This document shows, piece after piece, positions 35,903 to 48,018 of a stretch of 64,000 bases of DNA; position 1 is the first letter of the stretch; each line of letters opens with the position of its first letter. A model generated the notes under the pieces. The model did not search any database. It worked only from the letters and a program-made list of their open reading frames with translations, and had not been told where the DNA came from. This DNA is from Tricharina praecox (Eukaryota). The position numbers were made by a program, and so were the translations under genes. The stretch spans positions 992,001-1,056,000 of the forward strand of contig NW_026250407.1 of NCBI RefSeq assembly GCF_024521635.1, in the 5' to 3' direction.

Positions 35903-35929
35903 GGGGGGGGGGGGGGGGGGGGGGGGGGG
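35903..35929. repeat. Poly(G) tract (27 nt)
   Basis: Direct observation. Confidence 0.95.
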
Positions 35930-37136
35930 ACGGTCTTCTGATTTCATCATCATACAAGAGCTGGAGAGTTCACCGTCAATTTGAGCGAGCATTGGCTGCG
36001 ATATCACCCTCTCGTCCAACTGAAGCATTGAGCTCCTATATCACCATCTCGTCCAACCCGAGCGTCGTTATTGCCCATTGCATGTCTGTCGTGTGTTTGT
36101 TCTCCTGCTTGCACCTAACCAAGTAGGAAAGTAGGTAAATATGGCATATATCCAGCGGCGAAGCAACTGCAGTGTTTTGATTCCACGACATCCGATTTCA
36201 CTGGCGTACGGGACGTCAACAGCGATGTGATGTGATGCGATCCGACGAGAAGGCCCATGAGCTTGAAAAGCCAAGCAACGTGAACAGCGGTGTGATCCGT
36301 GTGATCCGATGCGACGGACGAGAAAGAAGGCCCTTGGAAAGCCTAGCAAGAAGTTTCTGTCTGTATGATAGTTACGTCCCACACTTGAAAGCTTGACGCC
36401 GTCGCAAATAGAAGCTCGGCGTCCGCCCCCTCCCCCGTAGCCCATGGCCACAACCCGTGAGGCTGGGGGGATGGGATGTCTGGGCTCTGGAGTGTTCTTT
36501 GTGCGAGGGTTGTTTCTGCTGGGCTGGGGTGTGTTTTTTTCCCCTTCTCTTTTCTTCTTGCGTCCATCCATCACGTTGTGCCTGAAGTTGGTACCTACTT
36601 AGGTAGGGCAAGGCAATACACGCACGCACTCTGCGGCAGCAGCAGCAGCTGCTGGCTATGGATCTGAATACCGACAAAGCTGGCGGGGGTGGGATGGTGG
36701 TGGGTGGGCTGGCCATTCACTCAATTCTGCCGGAAGTGGAGTGGGAAGTGGATCGAGCTCGCTCGCTCGTCGCGACAGGACAGGATGGAGTGGGCGTTTC
36801 AGGCGATTTCTTCTTGGTGGGCCGAGGAGTTAGGATGTTGGAGGTAGATACTCTACTTCTAGATTATCAGACACGGAGCCGCGAGTTTGACTGAGCAAGC
36901 GGCGGGAGATGTCGATAGCTTGCAGCGAGCAGCCCGATATAGCCCACAGCTGCTCCATCGGGGCTAGTTCAGGGCCGGGCTTCGCTTGCGGCGGGGAACA
37001 GGCTCCGGAACTACACACGAGCGTTGACGGTTGAAAAAGAGAGAACGTCCCGGGGTTGATCAGGGGTAACGATATAGTGCCAGTGGCCAGAAGCTTATGT
37101 GTGATGGGAAAGTGCGTGGTTGGTTGCGAGAGTCTT

Positions 37137-37187
37137 GGGCACTCGCTGGGCAGGTTGTCGGGCACTCGCTGGGCAGGTTGTCGGGCA
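37137..37187. repeat. 23-bp tandem duplication
   Basis: GGGCACTCGCTGGGCAGGTTGTC twice, plus a partial copy. Confidence 0.9.
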
Positions 37188-37437
37188 AATGCCGGCGGCG
37201 TGACGACGACGACGAGTCACGACGGTCGATGCGGAAGAATGAAGCTGCATGGATGTCGTCAGGGATATTGTGTAGGTACCTATTAGTAAATTATTGGAAG
37301 CAGAAGAAGAAGAAATACACCCGTATGTAGGACTCCGCGCGGTACTGGAGGGCCCATGGTGGCTACGTGCTGCCAAGTATCTACTGGAGGTCCTACATGT
37401 GGCCGAGTATATACCAACCATACGGCACTCCATAGTA

Positions 37438-37519
37438 CTCCATGTACCGTTGTGTAGAGTATACGGCGTGTATACTCTCCGTGTACCGTTGTGTAGAGTA
37501 TACGGCGTGTATACTCTCC
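37438..37519. repeat. 39-bp tandem duplication, each unit with a 9-bp hairpin
   Basis: TGTACCGTTGTGT-AGAGTATAC-GGCGT-GTATACTCT-CC twice. Confidence 0.9.
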
Positions 37520-38898
37520 ATAACCACTGCCGAGACACGTCCGGAAACAGGTCTTGAAAGAAGCAGAGCCCAGCAGTGAGCGGAGCATCTACATACTCCA
37601 TCGGAAGTAGAGTAGATTCGTCACCTGAAATAGAGCAAACACCTGGGGAGCCTACTTGCACCTAGCCCGCGCTCCCTGCACACAATGTACATGAGTGTGT
37701 ACCCACCTAGTGTACCAGGAGAAGCCCGCCCTACACTCGCTGTAAAGTACTCTACATCATGTATGTAGAGAGCCTCTGCCAGCAAGGACCCAGTCAAACC
37801 CTTTGCCGGAGTCCGCAGACGATTCTCGAGGCATCATCCCTCCTGGATTCCTCCTGGATCTCACTCGTGCTTCACCTAAGCACCTGCTAGTATGATATGA
37901 TATGTAGATCCACTGTTTGAACTCCTGCGATTCAATCGAGCTATCACACACATCATACTAGGCAGTATCATACCTACTCTAGAGTACCGGTACTTGGTTG
38001 TCTACCTAGGTGGCCAAACACGATCGGATCCGACTCCGAGACATGGATCTCGATTTCCCATGATGCCTACATACACAACTAACAGTCAACTAGGTAAGTT
38101 CTAACCCTTCCAGAAATAAACATTCCGAGACAATGGCGTATGATGCATGTAGGTAAGTAGGTATGTATGCTAGTTACCGGTATCCTAGGTAACTGAGTTT
38201 TGGGGTGGGACATGCGGGGCTCTGTCGAGTGTTGAGTTGATGGTTGGTGAACCCGGCTGTCCAGGAGTCCAGGACTTCCGTCTTCGCATCCGCGCTCATC
38301 CGCGCTCACTCGCTCACTCGTCCCGGTGTGTGGGGCGAGGGCGTGGGGGGTGGGGTGCGGGCGGCCCGGAGCACAAAACACAACACAACACAACACGATA
38401 GGTCCAACACAACACGACACAGTACACACACCGCAGCTCAGGTATACGGTATAGAACCTTTTCCCGATTCCACATCTCTATTGCGTCATCGTCGCCGTCG
38501 TCGCCGTCGCTGTCGCCGCATGTAGCGTTACTAGAGATGTATGTATGATATACCTCACTCCGCCCCCACTGGCATTGGGCAGACCCTCCCCCAAAAACAC
38601 AAAGTATATATAACGCCACCGGGACCCGACAGGTTACCTACATCTTCTTACCTACATACTTCCTACCTAGGTACATACCGACCTACCGTACCTAAGTAGT
38701 TACTCGAACCGCGCTCACGATCGCAGCATCGCAACAGTGTTTGCGTCAGGCAAGTACAGACCAGCGACAGCAATCGGCGGCGACGTTGGTTGTGAGAGCA
38801 CATGTACCTATCTAGAATCCTAGATGCGGTGCTGTGCTGTGCTGTGGGTTGGAAAATCATGGAATGCGAATACGAATGCGAATATTTACAGTACTATA

Positions 38899-39126
38899 CA
38901 TACACACATCCATCGGTCCATACAGACATACACACAACCATACAGACATACATACAACCATACAGGCATACATACAACCATACAGACATACATACAACCA
39001 TACAGACATACATACAACCATACAGACATACATACAACCATACAGACATACATACAACCATACAGACATACATACAACCATACACACATCCATCGGTCCA
39101 TACAGACATACATACAACCATACATA
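38899..39126. repeat. 20-bp minisatellite, about 11 units
   Basis: Consensus CATACAGACATACATACAAC; variant unit CATACACACATCCATCGGTC at positions 1 and 10. Confidence 0.95.
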
Positions 39127-41114
39127 CGCACCAAGTCGATCAATCAGTCAGAGAAGCGTCGGATATGTACCTTGAAAGAGCACGGGCATAAGACGATTAC
39201 CGTAGTTACCAGGTATCATACACATAGGTAGGCGCAGACGCGGTGCGCGCATAACGTACCTAAGCACATACCGTACCTACAGTTCACCGGACCGGACCAA
39301 AGGGCGGAAAAACCTACCCACCTAAGTACCCACGCACCCCCTCAGCCCTAGGAGGGGTCCACGTTCTCGCGCGTAAGAATCAGCGCAGCATTTACTCATA
39401 CATAGAATACCTGGTGACGGTGATGGGTGGGCCGGATCCGACCGGCTAGGTACTATGTACTCCGGTGTAGGTAGAGTATACGGCGTCTGTTGGCGCCACT
39501 TTCGACGGCCGAGTAGATGTAGCCTGTCAATTGTTGCGCTCTGGACTAGGTTGGCTGGGTTGGGGGAACCCATGTTGAACCATCATCGGAGCAATATACG
39601 CCTGGATTCTCTCCGCGGGAGCTTATGGTAGTGAGCGATGGGCAGTGGGCTCGAGTACCTAGTGTTTGTCCTGTATATATTTGTGTACTTGAATAGTCGC
39701 CTTCAATCCGACGGATAAGAATTGATGCAAGAACACTCCATACCTGCCTACCTACCTGGTGGGCGATAGAAGACTGGCGTCATAAAGGATCACTCAGCCT
39801 TCGATGTTCGATGTTCGACGTTCGGTGGGGGTTAGAAATACCTACCCAGGTACTATGGAAGAAGTTTAACAAGTATATTGTGTGGTATTCTCGAGTGAAA
39901 GGCTGCAGCTACTGATATTGCATACCAGGCAGTAGTCGCTCACCATTCGGCCCGACCGATAATCCACAGGCCGGCCTAACTGCCGGTGCGCACGGATTCG
40001 GCATGGTTACGCGGCTACGTCGCTAGTTAGATGCGCGGTTGTGAATTAGTCGTGCGGGTTGGGTACTGGCATGTATATAGAGTAGCTGAGCAGGACCGAG
40101 CACTGTGACCGCACGGCGGCACAGCACAGGAATAAGGTACCGATCGCCGAAAGTTCCGGGATGAGAATATAGTACCTACCTTGTAGAGCGCACAATTCGA
40201 GGGAGTTCACCGAATGACCACGCGGGAGTCGAATCCGTTCCAAGAACGTCATATGTAGACTCAGCACTGGGCCGATGATTGTCCCCCTAGCTCCTGAGCG
40301 AGATCGGCGCGGTCTTGATCGTTTCACCAGAAGCCGCGCGAAGACGATCAAGAAGCGACTTGTTGCTACATATTTGCTCTTCTTGATAGCCTCACCTCCG
40401 TCTTTCTCTCCGGCGTGCTTCCTCTTCTTATGTACATAGGATGTTCCGATTGGACCGGTAAGGGTAAGGGAAGCATGCTGCATGAGTGATAGAGCTGATA
40501 CTGATGAAAGAGCCCAACACGTTCCGGGGATGAATGTGAATGCAATATTAGTTCCATTGGTAGTTGGATGATCGGAGTACACAGAAGCTCTGGTGGGCGG
40601 GACTTGGATTGCTTGCTCGGGTGAGCTGTATTGTATCAAGAAGAATATCGGCAAATGTTAGGTATTGAATGCCACAGCTATCACTCGGCACTTCTCGGCC
40701 GTCTGCCCAGTAAATTGTCTGACCGATAGTTGCTAGAAAAATTCTTGGGCTGTGCGTCAAAGCATCTTATGCAGCACTGTCTGCTGTAGGTATTGCGCCC
40801 TTCGACGATAGCTTTGTGCACGTACGATCACTCGGTTTATCCGATCTCGACGCCGTTGCTCAGTTTTGGCCGCAGAATCTGCGCCATGCATGAATCGATA
40901 CCACGGCGAGCACTTGATCCTCTGATCATGCCATCTCACACTAAAGAAACGAGCCTCAACGGTTGATATAGCAAGCAGCAAACCGCCCAGACGATCTATA
41001 ATCCCCATCCACTGCCCAGCTTCAAATGGTTTTATAAGAGTAAAGTAGAGTACATCCAGAACAGAACTCGCTCCCCCACTCTTTTAATACGGCACATTCT
41101 CGAAGCTGCTTCGT

Positions 41115-42528
41115 CTACGACTTCGCCCGTCTCTTTCCTTGGTTGCGTACCCGCGGCACCACTACCCACTTGTTTGGCTTGCCGACCGATCCTGTCACAG
41201 GGTTAGAGCTGTTACGGAATGGAGTGGGGGAAAATGTGGATGATGATGATGATGAGGATGGTGGTGGCTGGAAATGTCGAGGGAGGACTCACTTGTCTTG
41301 TAACCGGACTTGGTCTGTAATCTGATGGTTAGACACATTCTTTACGTGCGTGCCATGTGGCGGCTGCGAGATCGCCGCCGCCGGCAAATCGAACGGGATG
41401 GTGTTACGTACCGGAATACCCCACGGACTGACAGGGTGGCGGTTACCCTTACTCTTACCACGACCTCCTCCGTGAGGATGGTCGGAAGCGTTCATGGCCA
41501 GACCACGGACAGTGGGCCGGATGTTCAACCAACGGCTTCTACCGGCCTTACCCAACTGCCTGTGCTGCCATGTGGGATTGCTGACGACCCCGACGGTCGC
41601 GGCCGCATCCTTCTTCACCCGTCGTACCTCACCACTCTGTAGCCGGATAACCACACAGTCCGTCTTCTCGTCGCGGGCGATGACGGTAGCATAGGTACCC
41701 GCGGAGCGACAGAACACGGCATGGCCCTTGGACCCCGAGCCCACCGCGTGGATGAGCGTTCCGATCGGGATCATGTGCAGGGGCAGGCAGTTTCCTCTCC
41801 AGGCGGTCTTCGCGGCGAGCATACCGGGATCGACGACACCGCCCATGCTCGCGAGGAGATCGTTCGGAATGCCGGATCTGTAGGACTGGACGACATCACC
41901 AGCGCGCAGTCCATCAGCCGCGAGGATATAGCTCTTCTTCTGGGTGGCCTCGTTAGTGACGAGCGCGATGTGGCCGCTGCGCCCCGGGTCCCGCTCAATG
42001 CGGTCGACTCGGTGCGGGCCCGGCTCGACTCGGAAGAAGTCGACGGTGCGGATCCGCCGCTTGTGGCCTCCTCCGTGGTGTCGCACGGTGATGCGGCCAG
42101 TGTGATTACGCCCTCCCTTGCCGTGCCCCTTCTTGGCGATCGTGAGCGCCTTGAATGGCCCGCCCTTCCATAGGTGCTCGTTGATCGTGCGCACCAAATG
42201 TCGGACTCCGGGAGTGCGCGGCTTGTAGCGTTTCCTGGCAGGATGCGTCAGCCATCCATTGAACAAGTCCCATGCCTCACGCCCCCCATCGGTCCTCTCT
42301 CTCCCCCAATCCGCCCATCTGGCGTGCTCACATGGCAAAACCCCGCTCCTCACGGGCTGGCGGAGGAGTGAACGACGACGCCACCATGGCCGGCAACTCC
42401 ATCGGAGCGGCGGAGCTGGAGACAGTTTCGGTAGCTAGGAATCTCGATGGTTGTGCGCGAAGGATCGACGGGGTGGCGCCGATGGGTGGCCGCGCGAAGA
42501 GCCTCGATAGAGGCCGTGCTAACATCAT
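41115..42528 (-). CDS. RML2: Mitochondrial 54S ribosomal protein L2 (uL2m)
   Basis: Presequence, [60 protein letters not shown]. 3 introns. Confidence 0.95.
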
Positions 42529-42796
42529 GGCGACTGCTGCTGCTACGGGCGTCGAAGACGGGGAAGCTGGAATCAGAGCTGTACAATACGTTCGGAGGGA
42601 AAACCCGCAGGCACGAGCCGCCCACCACGATTTTAATTGGAGGCGTGATTACCCGGTTGTCACTACGGCGGCGGCGGCGGGACAACCAACTGCGGGTCGG
42701 AATTTAGTTAGTGGGGCAATAACGAAGTGCCTAGCACAACGCCAAAATCACAGAAGGAACCCAACCCAACGACTTCAGAGCGTCGAGCGAGATGCT

Positions 42797-43806
42797 ATGT
42801 GGTTCAAGAAGTACAGTCAGGAAGCACACAAACATGCATGTAACTCACCCCACGCCCTCTCCCTCCCTCTCCCTCCCTCCTCCATCCCCGCTGACATCAT
42901 TCCCCAGGCCGTGCACTCTACAAAGCGCTGCTCACGCACAGCGTGCACCTACCCATAGAGCCACAACTAAGACGCAGCGCGACATCGCAAATCCGGCGGC
43001 AATTCCGCAAATCGCGGGCGTTACAAGGGCGTCCACAACGCAAAGCACTCGAGGCGGGGTACGAATACGAGTCACTTCTGCGGCGGGCATGCCAATCTGA
43101 CGGCTCAGCGCTGACCTCGGTGACCACCGCGCTGGCCGCCCTCCTCGCCTCGCGCAAGGCGCGGGTCTTGGCTACGACCCGCCCTCCCTGGCCTGTACAC
43201 ACACCGCCGCAGCCGCCGAACCAGCTCACGCCGACGCGCAAGAAGAAGATGCTAGCGCTGACGCTGACGCCGCGCGAGAAGGCGGTGCGGTCGGCGGTGG
43301 TGCGGGCGCGCCCGCCGCGCATGGGATGTACCAATGGCCTGCCCGTGCTGAAGCGCCCCGGGAGGAAGATCCCCATGTGGGTGTCTAGCATCATCAACCA
43401 GAAGGTCAAGAGGAAGGTCCGGCATTGGGATGTCATGGCGCATGTCCGCGACAATGTCATGTACTACGCCGAGATGGAGGATATGTGGGATGAGCAGTTG
43501 GCGCGCGCGGGTCTGGTGCGCTGGATACCCGGCGATGATGCCACTTGGATGGATGGCGCGGAGCTGTATCGGGTCACCCATCAGGATTGGATGCATGCTT
43601 CCGAGAGGAGGTCGTATGCCATCACCGAGCGGTTCCAGTCGGTTATCGATACCGAGACGATACAGTACCACGAGAAACTGCGGACTGGACGGGTAAAGAG
43701 GAGGAACGAGAAGAAGAACCAGATCGCCAGGCAGATGGAGCAGCGACTCAAGGGGCTCGAGCAGGAGTGGAAGAGCATGAAGGACATGCATGGTATTGAT
43801 ACTTGA
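42797..43806 (+). CDS. LYR-motif (Complex1_LYR-like) protein, probably mitochondrial
   Basis: Intron 42840-42907 gives MWFKKYSQEAHKHACRALYKALL...QIRRQFRKSR...ALEAGYE, an LYK/LYR motif with a downstream FR. Confidence 0.7.
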
Positions 43807-44167
43807 AAGAATTGAGATGGCCATCACAACGTATCACTGTAATCGAATCCCGACGTAAACAGCGGTGTACTATTGCTGTGGTCCGTGACGGTTTGCTACG
43901 CTCAAAATATTCCAAAAATGTCGATGCTGAGATGATAATACTCAGAACGATACAAAAAAGATCCAACACCTGAAACTCCAGACCGGCCTCCCCACCCGTC
44001 CGCCCCCAAATGAAGATGGAAACCGAACAAACTGCAAAAAAACACCCAACCCGAAACGAAAAAAGACCGTCAACAATATCTACTAGTATCCATGCTCAAA
44101 ATTCCAAAACAGAAGAGGAGAGAAAAAAAACCGTAAAACAAATTCTACAGGTATCACCTCGATCCCC

Positions 44168-47100
44168 TCATCGCAACCGATGCCCCTTTGGTCTTCGCGC
44201 GATATCATGATATGGGTCTCCGCCATCTTCGTCCTCGTACCGCTCCATGCCAAGCAGCAGCAGCTTGATGTTGTTTCCGAATCCCACGGCCACACTCCGC
44301 TGCCCCAATTTTGTTACTGGCCCGGCCCGGCTGACGAGCAACCCGTCACCACGGCTGTCCGGATCCGTACTGTCGTGCAATGGATACGAAGTGACGACAC
44401 CGCAAGAGTCCATAGTCCAGGCCTCCCACTCATCCTCCTCGTCGTCACACCGCAGATTCTTCTTCTCCAGCTGCTTCCGCCGCCTCAAACTGGATCCGCA
44501 GTGCGTCGGCGACTCGTAATCATCCGAGCTTTGGTCGTCCAGGGGCACCTCGCGACGACGAACACCGGCAACCATGTTCAACGAGGTGGGTTCCCAGCCT
44601 TCGACATTGTCGAGCCAATGGGTAGTCTCTATTACGCTTTCGAAACCGGTGCATTTGCGTTCTCGTCGATCGCGTTCGGCTCGGAGGCAGATGTCTCGCA
44701 TTTTCCCCCGAGAAGACGTAAACGTGTGCATCATGAACATGCCTGATTCCCGTTCGCTGTATGCAATGGAGAAAGAGAGGACAGAGGGACATCCGCAGTA
44801 GAGGCACGTGCGCTGTTTTGCGTGAAACGCCCTGAGGGAGCCAGGCTTGAACTGACCGGTTTGAAAGGAGCGAATGATGCCGCCTATTGAATGTCAACAT
44901 TAGAGACTAGACTTAAAGAAACGGGAGAGGAGAAAAACAAGTCAACTTACCAGAAAGGATATCCACCAGCTCAACATTGCAGGACCGGGAGCTGATCACC
45001 ATTCCCAGCGACGAGAGAGGCAATATGGTGCATGGCTCACCGGGCTCCATAGAGGGCGATGTAAACGGCGGAGACATGAGGTCCAACTGCTCGGTATACC
45101 AGTCCCCTTGCGACTTTGCCGTGACAAATATGCGTCCCCTCTGACATGCAGTAACAATCCTGAGCGGCAATCTCGGAGTAAAGACTCCATGAGATGATGA
45201 AACCACAACTCCTTCACAGATTTGATGCCGGACAATCTCCTTGGTCTTGACGTAGACCTCGAACAAGCAGCCATCGCTCCGCAAAACGACAAGCCGCGGT
45301 CCGTGGTTTTGCTCATCGTTGAGATTCCGGGGCGCGAAGAAGAAGGCGCTAGGCTGATGGCCTTGCAGATCCACGTCCAGCGATCGATAGAGAGTCGACT
45401 TCTCAACTTGGTAGAACGAGACTTTCCCGCATTTGGGCGCAATCGCTAGCCACTCTCCCTTCTCATCGAGCGCAACACCGATGATCGGCCACAAGACGTG
45501 TTCCGCGCAAGTCGGCCGGATGACATCCTTCAAGCACGGTTGTTGATTCCCCTTGAGCTTCCACACAACGATCCGCCTATCCAGACCAACAGACACCAGT
45601 ATGCCGCGAGGCGAGGCCGCAAGTACAGCCACATCGAGCGAATGGCCCTCGATCAGAGTTCGGCATTTCAGCAGCGATCCCTCGTTCTCCTTGGGCACTA
45701 CGGCTTCCTCTGGCAGCTCCCTTGACAGGAAATGGTTCATCAGCAGAGTGACACCGGTCACCACGACGAGCAAAGTCAATCCAAAGAGGACCAGGTGTTC
45801 CTTGAGGACATCGATGTCTATGGTGCTGATGATGTTAGGCATCTTATCTGGCGTCTGAGCACGATCGGAACCTGCCAATTCGAAGAATATTGGGCTGTAT
45901 GCCTTTGCTATGATTCTGAAGGCGTCGGGCATAGCCGCTCGCATGTGTTTGGCGGCTCGTATAAGCTCCATCCCTGTGTATTCATCCTGTTTGCTGAGCC
46001 ATGCGGTCGGGGTCCTTGCGACGTTGAGCGGCATGTCATGGGTGACGTTACACTGAGAGAACCTGTTGGGATGTCGTAGCATGTCGATAAACATCATTAG
46101 CGATACCAATGGGTGTTGGTTGTCGAGGAAATGAATGTTCAAGGCCACCGCGAAACAAATCATCTACCGAATTGTGAGAAAAACAAAAGTCTGGACGGGG
46201 GTCTGGGATACCAAAAGCTTTACTTACAATGGCTGACCCAGCAATCCGGGTGCTCAATGGCGACCCGCCCCTAAACAAGAAATCCGCGACAGGGCTTGGA
46301 TTCCGATCGGTCTTGTCGAGCCCTTGGAAGTCATTGTTGTCTTCGTTGGAGTTCAGGCTCATCAATCTATCCAGCGAGTCCTGCAGCTCCATACGCTGCA
46401 CGTCGACACTCAGGACCGCAAGGAAAAAGGTATTGTGCCAAACGAAGTCCATTATCAAAGCAATACCGGCGAATGCACAAAACTCTCGGACGGCAGGTAC
46501 CGAAATCACAGCGATAAGGGACAGGAAGCCAACATCAGTAGCCACAGCGACGAACGAAAGGAAGCCGACCTCTCCTAGAGCGCTGGATATCCTCTTGGTC
46601 GAAGGTTGCTCCGCCGGAGTCGCGAGTACCGCATTGATTAGACGGAACATATTCTCCAGCCCAATCACGATTACTATGAACGGAAATACCTCCCTGTGTA
46701 TTCCGTCAGCGCCACGTAGCTTCCCCGGGCACCAAATCCGAGCTTACCTGGGAACATGTGAAACCGGGACTTTGAGCATCGCCAGAATTGTGAAGCTCGA
46801 CATGATCGATGTGCAAATCTGAAGCGCTCCCGTCAGAGACTGGAATATTGGGGGGGATCCGCAGGACCAGCCATACCTGAGTGAGAGCTGTGATGACCAG
46901 ACCGATTCGAGACTTCACAGCCCTCAACCGGCGCAAAGACACGGCCAAGTATACGGCTGCAGCCAAGTAACACCCGGATAGAGAGAGCATTTCGATTATC
47001 GAGATGGGTTGGAATCGGAACTATCATATATCAACGTCAAAGAAAGTTCACGGACACCCCCACCCCACCCTCCCCCCTCCTCCCTCTCGGGCTCAGCCTC

Positions 47101-48018
47101 CTACCTCATACAACGTGCTCTGGAAATCCTGTCCGTAAACCCGGTATCTTCCATGATCTTTTACTTCGCGGATAAGTTTTGCGGCTCGCCGGTCCCACTC
47201 TTCTCCGGCGGTCGAGTTGAGGTGATAGAACATGCTGATCACCAAAGCATCGGCGGCAATAAGCTTCTGGTGCGAAAAGTGTTTCCCGGCGAAGACGGAG
47301 GCCCATCGGAGCGTGATCTGAGCCGACGATCGCAGCGCAATTCCATCGTTCACGGTTTTGAGGATCCGGCGATCGTTCTCGACCGCCTCGAGCGAGCAGT
47401 TCCAGTAGAGCAGAGGCGAATGAAAGAACATGCTGGTGGGTATCCGCTCTTCGTCGTCCACGATGGGGATCCCCGTGACGAAGTCGTCGTAGTTGTAGTC
47501 GCTCTCGTATTCCCGGCGCGGCAACGCTGCACAGTCCGCATCCGGCAGCAGCGCCTGCTGGATCCTGAGTCCCTCCTTCAACACATCGTGCGTCAAGGCC
47601 TCCATGTAGGAGCCTTGGATCCATGCCTGCTTGATGCCTATATCCGGCGGCACGGAAGGGTAGAGGAACGGCGTTGCCGACGTCCAGACATGATGGGTGA
47701 CGGAAGAGGGACCGGGAGCACTATTGAAGTACAGAAACAGCGACGGATAGCAGAAAATGACCGACAGAGTGACCGACAGAACGATGTAGAGAGTGGGATG
47801 CCGCGAGATATTGGCGCCATGCTTTTCGAAGAGAATCCGCAGCGGCGATGTGGCAGCAAGTCGCGGTGGCTGGGACGTGTGCCTCAGAGGAGAAATCAGA
47901 GTCCAAAACTACGGAGAAGCGCAAGCGAGTCAGCTTTCAAAGGGTTCGAGGGTGGCGATAGGGAACGAATGCTACGGAGCCCAAGGGCGACGGTTCGACG
48001 ACGTTTTTCGCGTACCAT
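44168..48018 (-). CDS. SCP1: SREBP cleavage-activating protein (SCAP/Scp1): sterol-sensing domain plus WD40
   Basis: ATG-only first exon spliced to FWTLISPLR. LRAVKSRIGLVIT, IGLENMFRLINAVL, EFCAFAGIAL, TFFLAVLSVD (SSD). GHSLDV...LVSVGLDRRIVVW (WD40). Confidence 0.88.

Noticed and set aside
38899..39126. CRISPR-like array
   Set aside because: Contiguous tandem units without unique spacers; eukaryotic context; no cas genes.
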